Positions 57,794 through 64,000 of a DNA stretch of 64,000 bases are shown here, in pieces; within the stretch, counting starts at the first letter, position 1, and every line of letters starts with the position of its first letter. Origin of the DNA: Candidatus Poribacteria bacterium (GTDB lineage: Bacteria; Poribacteria; WGA-4E; GCA-2687025); assembly GCA_963665845.2 (NCBI GenBank), contig OY762492.1:1888001-1952000 (forward strand), given 5' to 3'. Position numbers and translations under genes: made by a program. The notes below the pieces were generated by a model. That model did no database searches. It was not told the origin of the DNA and saw only the letters and a program-made list of their open reading frames with translations.

Positions 57794-58082
57794 CTGTCAG
57801 CTCCTGTTCTGCATTGCCGCCGGCGAGGATGGAAAGACAATGCGGGCATTTGACCGCTTTAGAATGAATGCGCCGTTTGCAGTATGCGCATGGACTCCCC
57901 GACAAGAGCAAGATAAGCAAGCCGACCGGACCAAGCAAAAGCCCCGCAAGGAAACCTCCAACCTTCGTATCTCCTCTCTTGTCCGCGATGTAGATTCCGA
58001 TCAGCGCGAACATTGCGACAAAAAAGAAGAAGCAGAGAAACGCGGCGGCGTCGGAGTCGATATGGATTGGGATGACCGGCAA
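57780..58082 (-). CDS. Small membrane protein with C-terminal zinc ribbon
   Basis: Two TM segments then CAYC...KCPHC. Confidence 0.7.
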   Translation of the reverse strand: MPVIPIHIDSDAAAFLCFFFFVAMFALIGIYIADKRGDTKVGGFLAGLLLGPVGLLILLLSGSPCAYCKRRIHSKAVKCPHCLSILAGGNAEQELTDAPS

Positions 58083-58084
58083 GG

Positions 58085-58978
58085 TTACGCTCCCAGATAA
58101 GCGGCGATGACGTCAGGGTTGGAGCGCACCTCCTGCGGCTCTCCTTCGCCGATCTTGCGCCCGTAATCCAGCACGACGATTCGGTCGGAGATCTCCATGA
58201 CCAGTTTCATATCATGCTCAATGAGAAAGACGGTGACTCCCGCTTCAGCGATTTTTCCGATCAGTTCGATCAGATCGTTCGTTTCGGTGGCGTTCATGCC
58301 GGCGGCGGGTTCGTCCAGGAGGAGCAGTTTCGGGTTCGCGGCGAGGGCGCGGGCGATTTCAAGGCGGCGCTGTTCCCCGTAGGCGAGTTCGTCCGCGTCT
58401 TCCCATGCGCGGTCTTTTAATCCGACAAATTCAAGATACTGCATGGCGGCGGCGGCGACGCTGCGCTCTTCACGGTTGTGGCGCGGGGAACGGAGAACGC
58501 TGTCCAGCGCGCCGCTTTTGACGCGCGCATGCAAGCCGACCTTCACATTGTCGAGCGCGGACAGGTCGGTGAAAAGCCGTATGTTCTGAAAGGTGCGCGC
58601 GACGCCGAGACGCGCGACCGAGTCGGGATGGCGCGGGCGGTAGTACAGCCGCCTTGAAAGCGGCGGAACGGCAAGGGCGAGCGCGCCGAGACCCAGCGTC
58701 GCCGCGCACAAGACCGTCGTATAGAAGGAATCGAACACCGGCTTGGCAAGGTCGATGGAAGAATCGCCGTCATGAAAAAGGATGCGCCCTTTCGTCGGCT
58801 CATAAAGCCCTGTGATGAGGTTGAAGACGGTCGTTTTGCCGGCTCCGTTCGGACCGATGAGGCTTGTGATAATGCCGGCATGCGCCTCAAACGAGACATC
58901 GTCAACGGCGCGCACTCCGCCGAAATGCTTCGACAGGTTTTCTAAGGTGAGGATGGGGGTTCCGTTGGCGCCGCTCAT
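58085..58978 (-). CDS. livG: Branched-chain amino acid ABC transporter ATPase with hydrophobic insertion
   Basis: GPNGAGKT, RTFQNIRLF, LAYGEQRRLEIARA, DEPAAG, IEHDM. Confidence 0.92.
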   Translation of the reverse strand: MSGANGTPILTLENLSKHFGGVRAVDDVSFEAHAGIITSLIGPNGAGKTTVFNLITGLYEPTKGRILFHDGDSSIDLAKPVFDSFYTTVLCAATLGLGALALAVPPLSRRLYYRPRHPDSVARLGVARTFQNIRLFTDLSALDNVKVGLHARVKSGALDSVLRSPRHNREERSVAAAAMQYLEFVGLKDRAWEDADELAYGEQRRLEIARALAANPKLLLLDEPAAGMNATETNDLIELIGKIAEAGVTVFLIEHDMKLVMEISDRIVVLDYGRKIGEGEPQEVRSNPDVIAAYLGA

Positions 58979-60132
58979 GATCCGCCGCCGATTTCATACA
59001 GTGAATTTTTGCCGCTGTCGGGCGGTATCTCGGTCGGCTTGGCGCGGGAGCGGGTGATCAACCCCTGCGGGCGGAAAAGCATGACGACGACCAGCAGCGC
59101 GCCGAAGAACAGAAGCCGCGAGTCGTCCGGTATATCCAGCGTCTTCAGCCCCCATCGCAGCGCTTCGCTCAGCCCTGTTACGATGAAGGTTCCGCCGAGG
59201 ACGCCGGCGATGGAACCCATCCCCCCCAGCACAACGCAGCAGAGAATGATGACCGAAAACCATGTATCGAAGAAGCTGGTGGAGATCACATTGTTTCGAA
59301 AACCGAGGAGCGCGCCCCCGACGCCGGCGATGAAGGCGGAGATGGCAAATGCGGTCATTTTGTATCGGGCAAGGTTGACCCCGCTCGACATGGCGGAGGT
59401 TTCGTCCGCTTTGATGGCGAGCCATGCCCTGCCCGTTCTAGAGCGCTCCAGCCGCCAGATTCCCAGAATGGTGAGCGCCAGAATCCCAAGGCACAGATAA
59501 TAGAATTCGGTCGTGTTGCCGAACCAGAGACCGTCGTATCCCCATACCTCGTCGTATCTCCATACCCCGTCTGAACGGAGCAGCCCCTCGTATTCGCCGC
59601 CTGTCAGTTTGGCTCCCCACAGGTTGACGGCGGGGTACCCTTTTAAGCCTTGCCCTCCGCCGGTGAGCCAGGATTCGTTGCGCTGAACGATGCGCACAAT
59701 TTCGGCAAACGCCAAGGTGACGATGGCGTAATAGTCGCCCGACAGGCGCAGAGTCGGCGCGCCGCGTATCAACCCCCATACCGCCGCATGCAGCCCGCCC
59801 GCTATTAGCACAATGACAAACGAGTACGGAAACTGCATCCATTCCCGGTCGTATAAGATAGCGGCGGTGTAGGCACCGATCGATGCGAAGACGACGACGC
59901 CGATGTCCAGCAGCCCCGTCAACCCCGTGACCACATTCAGCCCCAGCGCGACGATGGAGAAGATGACGCACAGCTGCACAACATTGATATAATCGCGTCC
60001 AGGCTCCCCGGGAAGCCGGGTGATGAGCGGCGAAAGCGCGACGATGACCGCGATCAGTATGAAAACGGCGCGGAGCGGACTGCGCAGGCTTTCGGCGATC
60101 CATTGAGGCGCTTTCGACAGATATTTCTCCAT
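58975..60132 (-). CDS. livM: Branched-chain amino acid ABC transporter permease
   Basis: GLNVVTGLTGLLD, LRLSGDY.AIVTLAF.EI, LGGMGS, RPQG. Confidence 0.9.
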   Translation of the reverse strand: MEKYLSKAPQWIAESLRSPLRAVFILIAVIVALSPLITRLPGEPGRDYINVVQLCVIFSIVALGLNVVTGLTGLLDIGVVVFASIGAYTAAILYDREWMQFPYSFVIVLIAGGLHAAVWGLIRGAPTLRLSGDYYAIVTLAFAEIVRIVQRNESWLTGGGQGLKGYPAVNLWGAKLTGGEYEGLLRSDGVWRYDEVWGYDGLWFGNTTEFYYLCLGILALTILGIWRLERSRTGRAWLAIKADETSAMSSGVNLARYKMTAFAISAFIAGVGGALLGFRNNVISTSFFDTWFSVIILCCVVLGGMGSIAGVLGGTFIVTGLSEALRWGLKTLDIPDDSRLLFFGALLVVVMLFRPQGLITRSRAKPTEIPPDSGKNSLYEIGGGS

Positions 60133-60136
60133 GTCT

Positions 60137-61345
60137 CTACGCTCTTTCCGCGGCGGAGGAGCCGAGTATGCCGGTTGGACGAATGAGAATAACAAGAATC
60201 AGAATCGCAAAGGCGAAAGCGAGCGAGTATCGGCTGCTGATCTCAAGCCAGTCGGCGATATACGCTCTGGATATGGTCTCGACGATGCCGAAGATGAATC
60301 CGCCTAAAATGGCTCCGCGTATATTGCCGATGCCGCCCAGCACCGCCGCGGAGAAGGCTAAAAATCCAGGTTGATACCCCATGCGGAAATTGATGCCGCT
60401 GCCGAGATACAGCCCAAACAGGATGCCGGCGGCGGCCGCCATTGCCGACCCGATCGCAAAGGTGAGCGCGATGATTCGGTTGACATCGATGCCCATCAGC
60501 GCCGCGGTTTCTTGGTCTAAGGAGCATGCGCGCATCGCGATTCCGACGCGCGTCCGCTTCACGAGCGCCTCAAGGGCGACCGTAAAGACAGCGGTCGTCG
60601 CCCAGATTAACAGTACCTTCCAAGATATGTCGACCGGACCCTTTCCGATCTGGATCGATACGGCGGGCTTGTCGAGAAAATGGCGCAGGCTTTGTCCGAT
60701 GGACGGATTTTCCAGTCCAAGGTCAGGGTTCTCGGCTCTCATTTCGTTCAATAAGGCGTTCGCTTCGCGGCTGATCGCCCTTCTCGTTTCGGTTTCGCCG
60801 GTCGCAAGGGGAAATTCGACGATGAGCCGATCTTCTTCACGTATCATCTTTTTGACTTTCGCCGGCGCGTCCTGCTTCGGCATCGAGAGCCGTTCTTCTA
60901 GAGCGTCTAAAAAGGCGGGCCCGTTCTCTTCTGCCTTCTCTCCCTGCGCTTGAACGGCGCGCGCCGGGTAAAGGTCAGGAAATGTCCGATGGTTTGCCGA
61001 CCAGATCAGCATCGCTAGGTTCTGTAAAAACAGCGACATGCCGATGGCGGTGATCAGCGCCGCCAGACGGGGGGAACGGCGCAGCGGTTTATACGCCGCC
61101 CAGTCGAGCATGATGCCCAGAACGGCGCACATAACCATCGAAGCGGGAAGGGCGAGATAAAGCGGAACGCCGACCCCAATCAGCAATATGCCGGCGAAGG
61201 CTCCCATCATATAAATTTCGCCGTGCGCAAAGTTGATCAGTTTGATGATGCCGTACACCATCGTGTATCCGACGGCGATGAGCGCATAGATTCCGCCCAT
61301 CGTGAGAGCGTTCACCGTTTGATTGGTGAGCAGGTTCAAATCCAT
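60137..61345 (-). CDS. livH: Branched-chain amino acid ABC transporter permease with large soluble insertion
   Basis: YALIAVGYTMVYGIIKLINFAHG, AAVLGGIG, RPTG. Confidence 0.9.
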   Translation of the reverse strand: MDLNLLTNQTVNALTMGGIYALIAVGYTMVYGIIKLINFAHGEIYMMGAFAGILLIGVGVPLYLALPASMVMCAVLGIMLDWAAYKPLRRSPRLAALITAIGMSLFLQNLAMLIWSANHRTFPDLYPARAVQAQGEKAEENGPAFLDALEERLSMPKQDAPAKVKKMIREEDRLIVEFPLATGETETRRAISREANALLNEMRAENPDLGLENPSIGQSLRHFLDKPAVSIQIGKGPVDISWKVLLIWATTAVFTVALEALVKRTRVGIAMRACSLDQETAALMGIDVNRIIALTFAIGSAMAAAAGILFGLYLGSGINFRMGYQPGFLAFSAAVLGGIGNIRGAILGGFIFGIVETISRAYIADWLEISSRYSLAFAFAILILVILIRPTGILGSSAAERA

Positions 61346-61373
61346 GTCGCCGCTCGGGCTGTTGCGGCAGGTC

Positions 61374-62522
61374 TCATTTTTCTTCCCTGTTGATATAAAT
61401 CCGCTGAACGCGCTCGCCGAGGCATGCCAGCAGCTCGTATGGATGCGTCCCGAACTGCGCGGCTGCGTCTTCGGCGCCGATCCGCTTTCCCCCGTCTTCG
61501 CCGAGAAGGGTCGCCTCGGTTCCCGTCTGCGCTTCGGGTATGCCGCCAACATCCAGCATGAAAGCGTCCATCATCACGCCGCCTAGTATACGCGCAAATT
61601 TGCCGCATATCAATACGTTAACGCCCTCCGCCGTTAAAGGTTTCATGCGCGCCGGTCGAAACCCGTCCACATATCCGACCGGAAGGACCGCGGCGCGCAT
61701 GGGGCGCTCCGCCCTAAAGGAGCGGTTGTACGAAAGCGTATCGCCGGGCTTTAAATGGACAATCGAGACGATTCTTGTTTTCCATGAAAGAACAGGCTTC
61801 AACGCGACGGAACGCGCCGCTTTCGGATGCGGATAGACGCCGTAAAGGCCGACGCCGATTCGCGCCGCTCCGAGCGCCGATTCAGGAAAGTTGAGCGCGG
61901 CGGCGGTGTTGGCGGCATGGAGAAGCGGTTTATGAAAGCGGGCGGACAAACGCAGCGGTCGAACAGCGTCCAGAAAGGCGTTCAGCTGTTGTCGGGTGAA
62001 GGCGCTGTCGGACAGGCTCGCCTCGGTGAAATGAGTCGACACGCCGGCTAGGCGCAGGGCGGGGCTGTCTTGAACCTTTTGGACAAGGGCGGGCAGTTCG
62101 CTTGGATCGGCTCCATACCTGTTCATGCCGGTGTTGAGCGCGATATGGACGGAGGCGGCCATGTTGAGTCGGCGCGCGGTCCGATCGGCGCGTTCCATTT
62201 CGTCAGCGCCGGCGGCGGTGATCTCCGCGCCCGCCAGGAGCGCCGCCTCCAGCTCATCCTCAAAAAGCGGGTAAAGCAGCAGTATCGGTTTCTGGACGCC
62301 CGCCTCTCGAAGCTGCGCCGCCTCGCTTGGGGAGGCGACCGCGAACCTGTCCACAATAGAATGAAGCGCCTTTGCGATTTCGGGCGCGCCGTGTCCGTAG
62401 GCGTTCGCTTTGACGACCGCAATCAGTTCGGCGTTTCCGAGGCGTTTTTTGAATTGACGCGCGTTCTCGCGCAGCGCTGCGCAGTCGATCTCCGCCCATG
62501 AGCGCGCCCCGCGTCCGTTCAA
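61374..62522 (-). CDS. alr: Alanine racemase
   Basis: AVVKANAYGHG, TGMNR.G, HAANT, GY.DG, YE. Confidence 0.95.
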   Translation of the reverse strand: MNGRGARSWAEIDCAALRENARQFKKRLGNAELIAVVKANAYGHGAPEIAKALHSIVDRFAVASPSEAAQLREAGVQKPILLLYPLFEDELEAALLAGAEITAAGADEMERADRTARRLNMAASVHIALNTGMNRYGADPSELPALVQKVQDSPALRLAGVSTHFTEASLSDSAFTRQQLNAFLDAVRPLRLSARFHKPLLHAANTAAALNFPESALGAARIGVGLYGVYPHPKAARSVALKPVLSWKTRIVSIVHLKPGDTLSYNRSFRAERPMRAAVLPVGYVDGFRPARMKPLTAEGVNVLICGKFARILGGVMMDAFMLDVGGIPEAQTGTEATLLGEDGGKRIGAEDAAAQFGTHPYELLACLGERVQRIYINREEK

Positions 62523-64000
62523 AAGTCGCGGTCAATGCGGAACAGGGCGCGCCATTCGGACGCTTTCACCAGGTCGTGCCCCCGCGCCAGGTCCCAGCGC
62601 AGCTGATGTCCAAGGATGCGCGCCCGCGCTCCGAACCCGAACTGCCATTTGAGATCCTCCAGCCGCGTCTGTCCGTTGACGACGCGGGCGGCTCTCGGCT
62701 TCCCGCCCTTCTGCCATGCGGCGCCCGCGTCCATGAACAGAACGCCCCGTATGGAGCGCAGGCGAATGCGCGCCGGCCATGAGAGCGACAACTCGCGCAC
62801 AAACGGAACGCGCAGCTCAAGCGAACTGAACGCGGCGCGGGAGCCTGAAAACGCTTCAAAACGAGAGCCGCGCAGAGACGTATGCCCCCCAAGATAGGTC
62901 AGCTCCGGGGCGGTTCCGCCGCTGTGAAAGGCGGCAACGCGACCGGCAAAGACGGCGCTTTGACCCAAAGGCGCGTAAAGGCGCGCGTCGGCAGAGAAGG
63001 TGAGCGCGTTGACGCCGTCCCCTCCGCGAACGCCGTACCCCTCAATTCTAAAGCGGGTACCCGCCACGGGACCGACAGAGGAGAACACGCTCGCGTTGTC
63101 ATGCACAAAGGAAACGCCCAGAAACGCTGTATGGGCGGGCTTCAAGATGTCCGCGTCGATTCCGCGCGCGTCATGGCGGTAACGAAGCGGAGCGCGGACG
63201 CCGCCGAGAGACGCTTCAATGCGTTTGACTCGGCTGAGCGGATACTCGGCGGAGAGAGCGGCGGACGACTCGGTCTGCCGTTTCAACGCGCCTGTTTCGT
63301 CTCGATGCAGCCGTTCGGAGCGGTCGACCGCGAGGCGGTATTTGACGGGCCGTTTCAACCATTCCATTTGAACAGCGGCGGAGGGGGCTGTTTTTGCTGA
63401 AGGCGCGGCGAGCGCGCGCAGCCGAAAATCGCCTGTCCAAGAGGCGGCGAGCGCTTCCAGCGCGGCGCGCGCGGCTCCGTCGTTCGGCGTGTAAAGGCGG
63501 AAGGAGAGTCCATCCAGCGTGAAGCCGAACGGAAGCGGCTGCGCAGGCGGAGTCTCCCGCGCGTCCGCCGTTTCGATGGGTTCCTCCTGTTCAGACGGCT
63601 CAGTCGGCGCCGGCAGATCGGACGGCTCCCGTTCCGCTTGATTCATCGGGAGCGAAAAAAGCGTTTCAAGCCCGCGGTGAAGCGACGAGAAGGCGATCTG
63701 CGAACCGTCCGGCGACACGGCGGGCGTGGAGGCTCCCGCCAAAAAGTTGGTGATGCGCTGCGGGCTGCCCTTCCCCTCCGCGCCGGGCTGATACAGGTAG
63801 ATGTCCCGCGCGCCCGACCATTCCGCCGTAAAATAAAACGCCCCTGTCTCCTTCGCCCAGAACGGGTCGTACACTCCCCCCGCTCCGTCCAGCAGCTCCG
63901 TCTGTTCCCCCGTCTCAAGGTTTAGGGAGATCAGCCTTGACCTTCCCGCGCGTTCGGAGGCGTAAAGAGCCGTTGTGCCGGTCGGGTCGATGACGGGGGA
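62519..64000 (-). CDS. TolB-like PD40 propeller plus BamA/Omp85-type barrel protein (5' end outside the window)
   Basis: PD40 repeats (PAVSPDGSQIAFSS), LGG..SLRG, LELRVP, FMDAG.AW, C-terminal F; frame stays open to the window edge. Confidence 0.8.
   Translation of the reverse strand, partial: SPVIDPTGTTALYASERAGRSRLISLNLETGEQTELLDGAGGVYDPFWAKETGAFYFTAEWSGARDIYLYQPGAEGKGSPQRITNFLAGASTPAVSPDGSQIAFSSLHRGLETLFSLPMNQAEREPSDLPAPTEPSEQEEPIETADARETPPAQPLPFGFTLDGLSFRLYTPNDGAARAALEALAASWTGDFRLRALAAPSAKTAPSAAVQMEWLKRPVKYRLAVDRSERLHRDETGALKRQTESSAALSAEYPLSRVKRIEASLGGVRAPLRYRHDARGIDADILKPAHTAFLGVSFVHDNASVFSSVGPVAGTRFRIEGYGVRGGDGVNALTFSADARLYAPLGQSAVFAGRVAAFHSGGTAPELTYLGGHTSLRGSRFEAFSGSRAAFSSLELRVPFVRELSLSWPARIRLRSIRGVLFMDAGAAWQKGGKPRAARVVNGQTRLEDLKWQFGFGARARILGHQLRWDLARGHDLVKASEWRALFRIDRDF

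Overview
GC-rich bacterial chromosomal window. It is probably from a Candidatus Poribacteria-like sponge symbiont, inferred from WD40 proteins ending in the 'LLPNYPNPFNPETWIPF' domain, a PhyH dioxygenase, a sulfatase and microcompartment genes. Positions 1-14.7 kb hold a head-to-tail array of at least 7 paralogous secreted ~780-aa WD40 proteins with homogenised C-termini, hypervariable loops and swapped signal-peptide modules. The array has two sigma-54 (-24/-12) promoters, each preceded by a different pair of palindromic activator-like sites. Positions 16-22 kb form a defence cluster: a direct-repeat-flanked coiled-coil/PD-(D/E)XK-like gene, a RelE-like toxin with a TPR-fused antitoxin, a PLD-DpnI-wH nuclease and a type II R-M pair. 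A BMC satellite locus (aldolase, BMC-H, aldehyde dehydrogenase) follows, then a single-chain R-M enzyme bracketed by ~257-bp direct repeats built from REP-like modules. The rest comprises carbohydrate genes (GH95, sulfatase, murQ, rfbB), a 1434-aa sacsin-like ATPase-nuclease downstream of rpmH-tkt, ABC transporters, two tRNAs, gmhA, livHMGF, alr and a partial TolB/BamA-like gene. All calls were made by eye from motifs; no searches were run.
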